Positions 31,519 to 41,323 of a stretch of 64,000 bases of DNA are shown here, piece after piece (within the stretch, counting starts at the first letter, position 1; each line of letters begins with the position of its first letter). Below the pieces are notes generated by a model, which did no database searches, was not told where the DNA came from, and saw only the letters and a list, made by a program, of their open reading frames with translations. The position numbers were made by a program, and so were the translations under genes. Source of the stretch: a virus (Duplodnaviria; Caudoviricetes); the IMG/VR virus record IMGVR_UViG_3300012956_000012, positions 32,001 through 96,000 of that record. One strand, written 5' to 3'.

Positions 31519-32216
31519 TATTGAGTTGTTTGAGTTTTTTGATTTTCATCCATATTTGGATTCTCATCTGCTTGAGATGTTCTGTATATAGAAGCTACCT
31601 CTTGAATTGTATCTCTTATGACAGAATCTAGTAGACGATCTGAACAAACAAAATCAAGTTCTAGGTAGGATTTACAATTGTTGGAACTATTGTCCTTACA
31701 CCCACAAGCACTATCTACTTGCGACTTGTCTGTGGAAAACATTCTGATCTCTACTATCTCGTTCTTAGAATCTGGTAGATACAAGTATCCATCTTTTATA
31801 TAGTAATACTTTATCTTTTTTGAGTAGTGCTTTCTTTTCTTATTTATGGAGAATGTTCTAGGACTTACGTAAGTGTAAGATATGGAGCCATCTATATTTG
31901 TAACACTTAGAATTCCGGATCCATTTTTTCCAAAAAGTCCTTCTGGAATTTTTTCACACGACTTCATTAAATTTTCACATAATCTGAATTCAAATATATC
32001 GCAAGATTTTACATCTACACTTTTCATTTTGAAGCATTCTATTGTAGATATTATACCTTCCTCTCTAAACAAAGTACCTTCATCTAATTTTTGAGTCATC
32101 AAATATTTAGCCTTTGTTTTAGCAATATTTAAAATGTATCGCTTACTAATATGTAAGTCTTTTGACGTTGCTTTAAGTCCATTCACTATTCTAGTGACTA
32201 CATCTGAATTAGTCAT
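31518..32216 (-). CDS. Tail ring protein
   Basis: YYYIKDGYLYL and C...DF.C motifs, synteny. Confidence 0.6.
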   Translation of the reverse strand: MTNSDVVTRIVNGLKATSKDLHISKRYILNIAKTKAKYLMTQKLDEGTLFREEGIISTIECFKMKSVDVKSCDIFEFRLCENLMKSCEKIPEGLFGKNGSGILSVTNIDGSISYTYVSPRTFSINKKRKHYSKKIKYYYIKDGYLYLPDSKNEIVEIRMFSTDKSQVDSACGCKDNSSNNCKSYLELDFVCSDRLLDSVIRDTIQEVASIYRTSQADENPNMDENQKTQTTQ

Positions 32217-32511
32217 TTAATATCATTTTTTGAATTTTTAATAGTTCGTGACAGGTTTCGTACTCCTCATACACTTCCCCTCTGACTATTAGCCTCTTTA
32301 CAACAGCTAGTACTTCCTCCTCGTTAACAATAAGTCGTTCAAATTTGTTTTTGTGCCGAACTTCTATTATATGAGGATTTATGGACAAATCAATTGCCAC
32401 ATATAGTCCTTGAGACTCCATGAATAATTTCTCTTGTTCTGTGATCTGATATATTTCAAAATCTAAACTCTCACCTCTAATAGATGAACTGAGTGATACA
32501 GTTATTGCCAT
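32209..32511 (-). CDS. Hypothetical protein with C-terminal UVR-like helix (EEYETCHEL)
   Basis: ATG at 32511 is preferred because the track's GTG start (32517) overlaps a -7 promoter box. Confidence 0.6.
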   Translation of the reverse strand: MAITVSLSSSIRGESLDFEIYQITEQEKLFMESQGLYVAIDLSINPHIIEVRHKNKFERLIVNEEEVLAVVKRLIVRGEVYEEYETCHELLKIQKMILND

Positions 32512-32516
32512 GCTCA

Positions 32517-32550
32517 CAAAGATAAAGTGAAAGCTTGAAGTTTGAAAAAA
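32517..32550 (-). promoter_or_regulatory. Promoter with TATCTTTG -7 box, 5 nt before the ATG
   Basis: CAAAGATA at 32517-32524. Confidence 0.6.
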
Positions 32551-32623
32551 TATTATACATTATACAACAAAGGCTACCCGAAGATAGCCAATGTGAGTGA
32601 AGTAAAAACCAATAAATCCTCCA

Positions 32624-34180
32624 CTAATTAAAAGTTTTAGTGTTTCTCTTTATGTCTGTATCTACTATAACAGTTGATCCTGTAACTCCATTTGTTACAT
32701 TAACATCTAACGCTTTATTGGTTGAAAGCATTGATTCTATAAAAATAGTTCTCGCAGATGGGCAGTATACAGATGCTGCAGAAGCTCCTGTCACATCTGC
32801 CTTAACATTGTTTAGCCTTAATATTGAATTAGCATCTGCCAATTCTACTCCATGAGCACTATTTGATGAAGATAAGTTAGATATTGTTGAGTTGTTAATT
32901 GACATTTCAACTACTCCTGCTGTAGTGCCTACATAAACAGTTGAAACAGTATTATCACTTGTTTTACCTAAGTAAGTGTTGTCAATTTCTGCATATATAT
33001 TTACAGTATTTGTTGGAACGGATATTGCTGAATTTCTGGATTTAACTTGGCAATTTACTAGTTGTAGTATTGTGTCTCCAGATACATTTCCTAAAATTAC
33101 TCCAAAGTTGTTTGTGGATTTAATTGCTCCTGATATTTTTAATTTTCCAGATTGGTGCCAGATAGCTGCTGTTGTGAAAGAGTCTGAGGATGTAGTGTGT
33201 TCTATCGAATCTATATCTATAATAGTACTTAGTGTATTGCAGTTTTCTGTTGTTATGGCTCCTTGCAAAGCTTCACAATTTGAAGTCAACTTCTTGCCTT
33301 TAACAACTAATGTTCTCTCTACTGCATCTAATGATGCATTTCTGATAAAGATTGTTTGCCCTTTGTTAGAAGATACAGATCCATCATAATAGTCAATATC
33401 TACGTAACCAGTGGCATTACCTCTTATTGATACAGTGTACTGAGTAGTTCCAACAACATGTTTACCCTTTATGTTTATGTTGTTCGCATTACCAATTAAA
33501 ATACCATCAAATCCTTGGGCATAATTAAAGTTGAATATTACGTTTGTGTCAGGATCATTGGTAAATATAGCTCTACCATATGCTGCAATAAAATCACCTT
33601 CTCCGTATACCATTATATTTTTTGGGAATCCAACTACATCAGATATACAAGTACCTGATGAGGATACAATAGCTCCTTTATAAAAATAGTAAGCTATATC
33701 TGACAATACCACATTACTCTCACTGTAAGTTCCTGGGTAAATAACTATCAGATCTCCTGGTTGAGCTGCTGTGTTTGCTCCGGTTATGGTTAAAAACGGT
33801 TTTGCCCAATCATTTCTAACGCCAGTAGAGTCATTACCGTTTTTTGAAACTATTAGTGTATTTTGTATTAGTAGCTGATTAGGTCCTGCTGGTCCTATAG
33901 GTCCCTGTGGGCCTCTTAAATCTCCTGTAGTATAAGATGTACCATTTGTAAAGTTTAAAGTTAACTCTCCTGTCAAAGGATTGTAACCTTCACTCTCAAT
34001 ACCAACACCGTCTGTAAATTCTACATCTGATGTGTAATTGGATAGAATTTCTAACACTTCATCATACGTCATTCCTGTCGTAATTCCTACTTGAAGGATA
34101 TCAGGGCCTTGGTATCTGTTCTCACACTTACATGGGTTACATGGATTGCAATCGTTGCAATCATTACATTTATTGCACAT
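32624..34180 (-). CDS. Tail fibre/spike: Cys-rich N-terminus, short collagen segment, parallel beta-helix-like body
   Basis: MCNKCNDCNDCNPCNPCKC; GPQGPIGPAGP; VSKNGNDSTG...KPFLTI...GDLIVIYPGTYSE, a typical beta-helix cap. Confidence 0.7.
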   Translation of the reverse strand: MCNKCNDCNDCNPCNPCKCENRYQGPDILQVGITTGMTYDEVLEILSNYTSDVEFTDGVGIESEGYNPLTGELTLNFTNGTSYTTGDLRGPQGPIGPAGPNQLLIQNTLIVSKNGNDSTGVRNDWAKPFLTITGANTAAQPGDLIVIYPGTYSESNVVLSDIAYYFYKGAIVSSSGTCISDVVGFPKNIMVYGEGDFIAAYGRAIFTNDPDTNVIFNFNYAQGFDGILIGNANNINIKGKHVVGTTQYTVSIRGNATGYVDIDYYDGSVSSNKGQTIFIRNASLDAVERTLVVKGKKLTSNCEALQGAITTENCNTLSTIIDIDSIEHTTSSDSFTTAAIWHQSGKLKISGAIKSTNNFGVILGNVSGDTILQLVNCQVKSRNSAISVPTNTVNIYAEIDNTYLGKTSDNTVSTVYVGTTAGVVEMSINNSTISNLSSSNSAHGVELADANSILRLNNVKADVTGASAASVYCPSARTIFIESMLSTNKALDVNVTNGVTGSTVIVDTDIKRNTKTFN

Positions 34181-34181
34181 A

Positions 34182-35144
34182 TTATCTTTCTTCTACAATT
34201 ATTTGAGCCTTTCTTACCCAAGCTGGTGATAAGGCATCTTTTGTTCTAAATTTTAAGCTAACCTTCTCTCCTGGCTGTAATGTAACCGGTTTGAAGAAAG
34301 ACGCGTTTGCATTGTATACAGCATTAGAAAATCTAAACTCAACCGGAATTGCATTCTCAGTTAATAGTACGTCTGGTGGTGTTGATATTCTTACTACAAT
34401 ATCCCCAGAATTTGGTCCGTCAAAAATGTAACCACTTAAATCAATATCTGATTTATGCCAATACTCTACTGTATCTGTTCCAGACACTGTTTTTATAATA
34501 GCTCCGTCTACTACATTTTCAATGCTAACTCTGTTGTTTTGATCTACTGTAAATGTGTCAAAAGATACTCTTACAATGTAATTTTTTGCAGTAGATGTTG
34601 TATTAGTATACTCTAGGTTTTCGTATACAGTAGCTGGACCAAAATCCCATGTGGCTGGTACAGGGTTTGTAGCTATGTTCACAACTTCTACAGCTTCTTG
34701 GTAAAAAAACTCTTTTGGTCTCGATACAGTGAATGTAGGTACTCCAGATACTACAGTTGGTGTGACTATAATATCATCCTCTCCTAATACATTAACAGTA
34801 GTTCCTGCAGGTCCCTGTGGGCCTGTTTCGCCTATTGGCCCTTCAGGCCCAGTTAAACCTTGTGGCCCAGTTAAACCTTGTGGCCCTCTGCAGCCTCTAT
34901 CCCCCTTATCACCTTTTTCTCCTTGTTCTCCTTGAGGGCCTTGGGCCATATTAGCTAAATCGCATATAGATTTATTTACAGCCTTAGCAAATTGTTCTAA
35001 CGTTTGTCCTTTTTTAAAATCTATGCAGCTTAAGTCTTCCCCATCGTGCCTTACACATTGGAATGAATCTAATTTTATTGGGCATCCGCAAGGTTGAGCT
35101 TCTCCGCATTTTTTATTGCAATTGTTACAATTTCCTCCGCACAT
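34182..35144 (-). CDS. Collagen-repeat fibre protein with Cys-rich N-terminus
   Basis: True start is likely the ATG at 35144 (TAATG coupling; MCGGNCNNC). About 15 Gly-X-Y triplets. Confidence 0.75.
   Translation of the reverse strand: MCGGNCNNCNKKCGEAQPCGCPIKLDSFQCVRHDGEDLSCIDFKKGQTLEQFAKAVNKSICDLANMAQGPQGEQGEKGDKGDRGCRGPQGLTGPQGLTGPEGPIGETGPQGPAGTTVNVLGEDDIIVTPTVVSGVPTFTVSRPKEFFYQEAVEVVNIATNPVPATWDFGPATVYENLEYTNTTSTAKNYIVRVSFDTFTVDQNNRVSIENVVDGAIIKTVSGTDTVEYWHKSDIDLSGYIFDGPNSGDIVVRISTPPDVLLTENAIPVEFRFSNAVYNANASFFKPVTLQPGEKVSLKFRTKDALSPAWVRKAQIIVEER
34846..34886. repeat. Exact 18-nt tandem duplication in the collagen region
   Basis: GGCCCAGTTAAACCTTGT twice plus GGCCC, encoding GPQGLT repeats. 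Confidence 0.9.
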
Positions 35145-35659
35145 TATATTCTGATCATTAAGGGTGAATTTAGTAATAAGTTGTCTGATAATCCGGAATA
35201 TCCTAAGCAAGTTATTTCTATCTGTGTTGTAGATATTACTTTACATGATGTTAAGTAAGCTTCAACATCGTTAGTTACTAATGTTGCATAAGTTGTTGTT
35301 GGATTTAAAATACCTTGATTGAAGGTCATAAGATATTTACCAGTTGCTGTGTATGAAAAGGTGTATGTTACGTTACTTAGTAATGTAGATTCTACACCAG
35401 ATATAGTTGGTGCATCTCCACTTACTTGTGTAATCAATCCAGTCATAAAACGCCTCTTACTCACATACAGTAAATCCTGACGAATAGCTTTTATAGCGTC
35501 GGAGATTATCTTCAATATTTTTGTAAGAGTTTCTCCTTTTCCATATTTTAGATAAGTGTCTGCCTCAGATGCTACAACACAATTTGATCTGTATATGTTA
35601 CAGCATTCGATTTGAGTTTCGTCTACTGTTGGTTTATTTGTTTCTTTACATTTTCCCAT
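35144..35659 (-). CDS. Putative fibre-associated structural protein
   Basis: Cys-containing N-terminus; [10 protein letters not shown]...TGKY...DNLL..SPLMIRI C-terminal beta domain. Confidence 0.6.
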   Translation of the reverse strand: MGKCKETNKPTVDETQIECCNIYRSNCVVASEADTYLKYGKGETLTKILKIISDAIKAIRQDLLYVSKRRFMTGLITQVSGDAPTISGVESTLLSNVTYTFSYTATGKYLMTFNQGILNPTTTYATLVTNDVEAYLTSCKVISTTQIEITCLGYSGLSDNLLLNSPLMIRI

Positions 35660-35660
35660 C

Positions 35661-36650
35661 TTAGCAAGTTGGTTTGTTACAGTTTGGCAAGCAACTTTTG
35701 CAACTTACAAAACTATCTGTTAATACTACTTCAATAACTGGATCACAAAATGCTACTGTCCAACATCCGTCATATCCACTTAATATGACCACATTACCTA
35801 CTTCTTCTGTTAGGTCTGTTTTTACAGTTAGCAAATCTCCTGTTTCACAGTTTGTTAGTGTAAAACAATTGTCACATAATTCACAAGCACATTCTTCTAA
35901 TACTTCTATATGTGTGATATCTTTACCTAAAGGGTATAAGAATATAGCTTTTTCTGCAGTAACGTAATCGTTAACTACTGTTCCTGAATCAGGAACCATT
36001 GTTACTCCGTCGATAGTATATGTTGCTACTGTATCGCTGAATGTTATGATGTGCTCTTTAGTTACTACTGGACCTGTTATAGGTGTTTCAATGACAGAGA
36101 ATTCCATGTGAAATGTGCTTTCCTCTTCTTTCTGTACAATAAAATTGAAAAAGGCCCTGTCTGTATCGTCTATGTCAGCTAATGTCCTATGACCAGAATA
36201 CACAAATAAGTTTAGAATTCCAGATGCATTTATTGCGTTCTGTACGTGTTGTGAAAACGCTATAGGATTATTTGTTCCTGATAAATACACTGTAGCTTCA
36301 TTTTGTCCTGAGCTATAATCAGTTGGATATACAGTTGGAAACGATACAGTACCTAAAATATTTGACTTTAGATATGCTGCAGATGTGTACGAATACGCTA
36401 AAGGGGTTGATAATATTTCTACTCCGTTAAGCAGTATAGTACTTACAGTTACACTAACATCTGTTAGATTTCCTAGATTATATGGGTACGGGAATATACA
36501 TTGGTTATTCCTAGTCACTAAATACTGTCCATCAAAATCTTCTGATCCGATTATTTGACCTAAATATGTACTTAGGGCTGGCTCATACCTGTGGTATATT
36601 GACGGATATAATACATCGTCACAACTTATGAGGTTATATGAAACTGCCAT
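35661..36650 (-). CDS. Cys-rich structural protein
   Basis: Related modules at both ends (Y.LISC...L..YLGQII and FTLTNC...L.EEVGNVV..GCW). Confidence 0.6.
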   Translation of the reverse strand: MAVSYNLISCDDVLYPSIYHRYEPALSTYLGQIIGSEDFDGQYLVTRNNQCIFPYPYNLGNLTDVSVTVSTILLNGVEILSTPLAYSYTSAAYLKSNILGTVSFPTVYPTDYSSGQNEATVYLSGTNNPIAFSQHVQNAINASGILNLFVYSGHRTLADIDDTDRAFFNFIVQKEEESTFHMEFSVIETPITGPVVTKEHIITFSDTVATYTIDGVTMVPDSGTVVNDYVTAEKAIFLYPLGKDITHIEVLEECACELCDNCFTLTNCETGDLLTVKTDLTEEVGNVVILSGYDGCWTVAFCDPVIEVVLTDSFVSCKSCLPNCNKPTC

Positions 36651-37390
36651 TATGATTTTTCAATTATCATTTTTACTCCATCTACTGAAATAGATGCTGC
36701 TGTTGCCTTGAATTTCAACTTCAAGACATCATTTTTCTTAATGTTTCTTAAGAAAAAGTGGACTGTTTTTGAATTGAAATCTGGAATTAACTGATACTCT
36801 GAAAAAGGATTTCCAGCTTCGGGTGATACTGTATTTACTCCAATACCAATCCAAGCTCTTCCATTTGGGTCTTCAACTGCACATCCTACATCTAAAGTCA
36901 CTTTATAGTTCCCATCTTTTGTAGCTGTGTATTCAAGATTGTACCCAGAAGTTGTAATAGCAGTCCAGTTAGTTGCATTAGATGTGTTTATGAAAATTTC
37001 TCCTGAGGTGTATCCAGCGTAAACAACACCACCTTCACAACAGTTTGATGAGGTAGCGTCACATGGATCAACACACTCTGGGCAATTTTCTGCAGCATCT
37101 AAACCTGTGTGATCAATCAGTTCACAAATCTTGTTTACTATTGTTTGAACAGCTACAGAATTTAATACTTTCCCTTCTTTGTCTTTTTCAAATTCCAAAC
37201 ACCCTGTTAAGGTAAGATGTGTTTGTTCATAAGCTGTATCTGCCATATTTACAAGATCGTCTAAGACATCTTGTACTGAGTGACAATCACATGAAGTTAG
37301 ATTTCCATGTTCCGCTATATTTCCTTCATGGGTTACACAATTGGCAAAAATTTTTTTACCACATGTTTCTAGTTTGTTTCCACAACTCAT
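36650..37390 (-). CDS. Cys-rich structural protein with C-terminal beta-sandwich (C1q/BclA-like)
   Basis: Many Cys residues; YTATKDGNYKV...LKLKFK beta-strand pattern. Confidence 0.55.
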   Translation of the reverse strand: MSCGNKLETCGKKIFANCVTHEGNIAEHGNLTSCDCHSVQDVLDDLVNMADTAYEQTHLTLTGCLEFEKDKEGKVLNSVAVQTIVNKICELIDHTGLDAAENCPECVDPCDATSSNCCEGGVVYAGYTSGEIFINTSNATNWTAITTSGYNLEYTATKDGNYKVTLDVGCAVEDPNGRAWIGIGVNTVSPEAGNPFSEYQLIPDFNSKTVHFFLRNIKKNDVLKLKFKATAASISVDGVKMIIEKS

Positions 37391-37635
37391 TTTAATTCTC
37401 CTATTGATTCCACCGCACTGGTGATTAAATGTTCTCTTAGATTTTGATCCTCTTTACAAGTGTACCTTTTAGCTACTCTATCTAGAATCATCATATCTTG
37501 TATTTCTGATCTGTTTACACATCCAAAATCAAACCTTATTTTTTTAAGTAGTGATAGTGATGCATCCATAAAATATTTGTCAAGTAAATCCTCTTTAACT
37601 ATCTTATGGTTGCTGACCATACTTTGTGTACTCAT
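37387..37635 (-). CDS. Hypothetical protein
   Basis: ORF overlapping its neighbours in the operon. Confidence 0.6.
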   Translation of the reverse strand: MSTQSMVSNHKIVKEDLLDKYFMDASLSLLKKIRFDFGCVNRSEIQDMMILDRVAKRYTCKEDQNLREHLITSAVESIGELK

Positions 37636-37876
37636 TCTGTATGTATATTTTTAGAGCTTCTACGTCTGCTGTTTTAGGGCATTCTGTAGCCGATCTGTTG
37701 ATACTGTCTTCGATTCCTCTTTTTACTAGTAAGTATTCTTCCTTTTTTACTGGGTCTTGTTCTAGAGTATAAAGAGTTTGAATTCTATTTTTTGACGAAC
37801 GAAGAATTTTTAACGATCCTCCGCATGATCCTCCTGATCTCATAGAGGAACCATTGTTACTATTACATCCGCACAC
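37604..37876 (-). CDS. Small MCGC-start protein
   Basis: ORF in the operon. Confidence 0.65.
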   Translation of the reverse strand: MCGCNSNNGSSMRSGGSCGGSLKILRSSKNRIQTLYTLEQDPVKKEEYLLVKRGIEDSINRSATECPKTADVEALKIYIQNEYTKYGQQP

Positions 37877-38393
37877 AGTCTGGGCAGTTTAAAAGTTTAT
37901 CCACTATTTCAGCTGCTTTAGAGAACATTTCATTAGCAATATTTATATTCTCATACTTAATATTTGCTGAGGCTCCTCTTACTAGGAGTTCAATATCTGC
38001 TATCTGATCCATAACAGCTTTCCTGTCTCTACGGTTTACATACTTGATGTACAGTTTGTCTAACTCCATATCGAACATGTCTGTTTTCAAGTAGTAGTAC
38101 TGTTTGCAGAAGTTCGAAGGAGACCCTATAAGTTTGACTTTGTAAATGCCGTCAGGAAGAGTGACTCTCTCTTGATCACACTCTGTCGGACAGGTAATGT
38201 TTAAGTCGTTGCTGTTAAAATTGTTGACAGCATACTGGTCAAAATACCTAGTTTCAGGAGTTGCTGAGCCAGGTAAAGTTATTTCAATAATAGATGGTTT
38301 ATTTTCAATCAAAGCCCAATTAGAAGTATCCGTCACGGTCAAATAGTACGGGTTGGACGTTATTATGAAATCTATGTGAATGCTTTGTTCCAT
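37863..38393 (-). CDS. Putative tail hub/structural protein
   Basis: LTVTDTSNW...LPDGIYKV motifs, C-terminal CPDC. Confidence 0.55.
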   Translation of the reverse strand: MEQSIHIDFIITSNPYYLTVTDTSNWALIENKPSIIEITLPGSATPETRYFDQYAVNNFNSNDLNITCPTECDQERVTLPDGIYKVKLIGSPSNFCKQYYYLKTDMFDMELDKLYIKYVNRRDRKAVMDQIADIELLVRGASANIKYENINIANEMFSKAAEIVDKLLNCPDCVRM

Positions 38394-38397
38394 TTTA

Positions 38398-38431
38398 CAA
38401 ATTTAAGTAAGAAGTTTTATTTGTGAAAAAA
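38398..38431 (-). promoter_or_regulatory. Promoter with TAAATTTG -7 box, 4 nt before the ATG
   Basis: CAAATTTA at 38398-38405; ATG at 38393. Confidence 0.65.
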
Positions 38432-38442
38432 TATGAACACCA

Positions 38443-38511
38443 TCACCATTTTTCCTTTTTGGCCCACCAACTTGCTGACATCTTAGATTTTACTCTATCG
38501 GGTATAGCCAT
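38443..38511 (-). pseudogene. 22-aa mini-ORF MAIPDRVKSKMSASWWAKKEKW, probably an internally deleted gene remnant
   Basis: Translated by hand; TAATG-coupled to the endolysin stop. Resembles the two ends of a recalled ~90-aa basic phage protein family. Confidence 0.55.
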
Positions 38512-39131
38512 TACTTTATGTTTAGGATTTCAGCAAGAGTCGTTGCATCAGTGATATAATACCCCATGTTTTTAAAGTATGATCTTATCAAACTTAAATA
38601 AGTGTTTTTCTGCCTTGCTCCAGTTGAGTAAATCTTAATGAATTGGTCTAATCGGCCGGTGTATATAAATTCATAGCCTGGGCAATAAGGCTCTAGCTGA
38701 TATGTTTTTTGATTATCTGCAATTTCTTGGGAATAATACGAAGCTTTTTTCCAAACCTTTCCTAGTGGGTAGGCTTTGTTCTTTCCATTCGCAATATCCG
38801 TTAAAAAAGAAATCTGTTTTTCGATACCAGCTTTTAAAGTATTAAACCCTTTGTTTGCTCCAGAATCTGTATTTCCAATGTTTCCAGGGTTATTAAACTT
38901 GTACGATCGTGAATCGTTTTTAGTTCCTGGTAAATCAATAAAACCTTCTTTTTGAGCCATTATTAGGGCAAGCATTTTAATACCTTTTGGGGCTTCAATT
39001 GTGTTCCAAACAGGGATGTATTGTTCAATGATAGCTTCTGAGAATGTTACTTTAATATTATCTCTTGAGTCTGGAGCATCTGGTGCTTTTGAGCCTTTTA
39101 CTATAAGGCCGTCGTATGGATGTTTTGGCAT
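38511..39131 (-). CDS. Putative endolysin (lysozyme-like fold)
   Basis: MAQKEGF...SRSYKFNNPGNIG...F.TL..G motif, near holin and spanin candidates. Confidence 0.6.
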   Translation of the reverse strand: MPKHPYDGLIVKGSKAPDAPDSRDNIKVTFSEAIIEQYIPVWNTIEAPKGIKMLALIMAQKEGFIDLPGTKNDSRSYKFNNPGNIGNTDSGANKGFNTLKAGIEKQISFLTDIANGKNKAYPLGKVWKKASYYSQEIADNQKTYQLEPYCPGYEFIYTGRLDQFIKIYSTGARQKNTYLSLIRSYFKNMGYYITDATTLAEILNIK

Positions 39132-39142
39132 TTTATATAATT

Positions 39143-39445
39143 TTATCCTCTGGCTTTTCTGTCACCTTTGGTTGATTTTTTGCTTTTTGAATTTCTTCCT
39201 CTGTTTGTTTTAGCTTTTTCCATTTTACCGGTAGCATGATCAAAATCCTTTCCATCGTGGTTTCCATGTGTACCACGCTTTCTGTTTTCAGCTATAAGCT
39301 CTGATCGGTATTTCCTTCTTTCGGGTGTAGAGTGATACTTAGTATCATACTCTTTTTTCTTTTTCCTAGCTTCTGGATTGTCTTGATAGTACTTAGCTGA
39401 CTTAGATTTTCCAGTTTTGGTACCTGCTAATTTATTTCTAGCCAT
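39143..39445 (-). CDS. Small basic HNH-like protein
   Basis: DGKDFDH...NRGRN motif, Lys/Arg-rich. Confidence 0.5.
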   Translation of the reverse strand: MARNKLAGTKTGKSKSAKYYQDNPEARKKKKEYDTKYHSTPERRKYRSELIAENRKRGTHGNHDGKDFDHATGKMEKAKTNRGRNSKSKKSTKGDRKARG

Positions 39446-39846
39446 TACTTTAATATTGCTATAGTGCCTAATATTCCTGATACACCTATTAAGATATTCC
39501 TCTGTCTTTTTAACCTTTTATTGTCAAACTTAAGAAGGTCTATAAGTGTATCTTGTTTTTCAACTATTTGGTTTAAGTAGACTATTTGAGTATCCTGATA
39601 AGTGATCACAGAGTCTTGATATCTTACTATGTTTACAGTGTCAAAAACACTTTTATAATAAGTTACCTCGTTCTTTAAATAGGTTGTCTTCACTCTAGCT
39701 GAGTCAACTTTTTCTTTTGTTCTTTCAATAACCTTTGTGAGGTTTTTGGTAGAGTAGTTGTACACTTGTTTTGGTTTTCTAAACGCTATAAGAAGCAGTA
39801 CTACTATAGTTACTACTAGTAGTAATGGTGTTATGTAATTTTTCAT
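39445..39846 (-). CDS. Spanin-like membrane coiled-coil protein
   Basis: N-terminal TM segment, heptad coil and hydrophobic C-terminus, upstream of the endolysin. Confidence 0.5.
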   Translation of the reverse strand: MKNYITPLLLVVTIVVLLLIAFRKPKQVYNYSTKNLTKVIERTKEKVDSARVKTTYLKNEVTYYKSVFDTVNIVRYQDSVITYQDTQIVYLNQIVEKQDTLIDLLKFDNKRLKRQRNILIGVSGILGTIAILK

Positions 39847-41321
39847 TATTCATGATATAAATTAGGTGATATTACAAATTGCCATACTTGAGATGCTGTT
39901 GCTGCTCCTGAAAGTATTTTAGCCATTATTCCTACGAACTCACCTGGATTGACAATAATAGGCGCTTCAAAATCAAATTGCAAGGACGTTCCTTGTTGTC
40001 CTACAACAGCAGATATTGGTAATCCTACAACTCCAATAGGCTGTGGTCTTCTAATTTTAGTTGTGTTATTTCCAAAAGATGCAGACTCTGTGGTGGCAAG
40101 AGATGCTGCAGTAGACCCCCAAGCTAAGGCTAAAGCTAGTGTTGTTGGCACAGTTGCTGAGTTCGCAACACCTGCGTTTACAATATCCACTTTTATTCCT
40201 CTAATATGCATTACTCTTGGTGTTTGATTCACACTTCCTAAAGGATTTTGATAACTTGATATTACAACGTCAGTTGTTGAGGTTGCTGCAGCATTCATTT
40301 GAAAAATACCTCCTAAAAAAGCTCCTAAAGCTGCGGTGGTGTTTGTTGCAGCAGCAGCTGTTGGTAATGTTGTATTAGCCCATTGAATTTGTTGTGCTCC
40401 ATTTGTAAATGTACCTCCATCAAGAGTTTGCAATCCTAATCCTGATCTAGCTAATTGTCCTGCCCAAGATTTATTAGTAGCAATATCCATCAGTGTAATA
40501 GTTACATCGGATATTTTAACTCTCATATTTGGTGAAGAACCTATTGTCCCACTATTGTATTTTTGAATAAACAGTGGTAGTGCTGTAGTTAAGAAGGCTT
40601 GTCCTTGTGCCGCTGGTATCATTTGTTCTCCTACCAATTCATCATCTACCCAGTACTCAATTTCTCTCTCACCTACTACCATTGCATACTTAGACGTTGA
40701 ATTTAAAATTATGTCAGAAGCATTTGCAATAAGATCAATTTTATCTGTAACTCCACTATTGTACCTGATACACCCTTTTAATCCAGCAGAAGTTAACTCA
40801 AACCATACTCCATCGACGGGTTCTACTGCTCCTGTTGCTACTCCTAGTCCACATTGAAATACTTCATTAACAGTTGGGGTCATGTTTATGCTTCCTGTAA
40901 ATTCGACGCATATAGGGGCTGTACCTATCAAAGGGTAGTAACTCCATGTTTGTAGATACGCGTAGTTATTAGCTACTGTAGATGTACCTGCCGCATTTAC
41001 ATTCAAAAACCCAGCTGATTGGGTCATAGTCATAGTACCAAAAGAATGTTTCCATACCCCTGTGTTTTGAGTTGTAGCACTAAAAGTATGAGAAAACATA
41101 ACAGTATCTATACCCACACGAGTCCTAAAGTCTTGAGAAACTTCTGGAGATTTTAAATAAGGTTCTCCTGTTATTCGTCCTGGATCGTTCTCACTGAAAA
41201 TTTTTACAGATCCTACTCTGGATGGGTTTGTTGCAGCATCTGTTTCAGTTCTTACATGTAATTGTTTATCTGTTACTGATGCTTCATCAATATTCAAACC
41301 ATGTTTTGTTGGAAATCCCAT
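39846..41321 (-). CDS. Putative tail/receptor-binding beta-rich protein
   Basis: 491 aa, Thr/Ala/Gly-rich with a lectin-like beta pattern. Confidence 0.5.
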   Translation of the reverse strand: MGFPTKHGLNIDEASVTDKQLHVRTETDAATNPSRVGSVKIFSENDPGRITGEPYLKSPEVSQDFRTRVGIDTVMFSHTFSATTQNTGVWKHSFGTMTMTQSAGFLNVNAAGTSTVANNYAYLQTWSYYPLIGTAPICVEFTGSINMTPTVNEVFQCGLGVATGAVEPVDGVWFELTSAGLKGCIRYNSGVTDKIDLIANASDIILNSTSKYAMVVGEREIEYWVDDELVGEQMIPAAQGQAFLTTALPLFIQKYNSGTIGSSPNMRVKISDVTITLMDIATNKSWAGQLARSGLGLQTLDGGTFTNGAQQIQWANTTLPTAAAATNTTAALGAFLGGIFQMNAAATSTTDVVISSYQNPLGSVNQTPRVMHIRGIKVDIVNAGVANSATVPTTLALALAWGSTAASLATTESASFGNNTTKIRRPQPIGVVGLPISAVVGQQGTSLQFDFEAPIIVNPGEFVGIMAKILSGAATASQVWQFVISPNLYHE

Positions 41322-41323
41322 AA

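Noticed and set aside
32572-32589. GGCTA-N8-TAGCC hairpin as a terminator
   Set aside because: The stem is short. It is plausible but too weak to call.
35145-35210. 66-nt overlap or N-terminal extension of the collagen gene
   Set aside because: The ATG at 35144 with TAATG coupling and a Cys-rich start like its neighbours is the simpler start.
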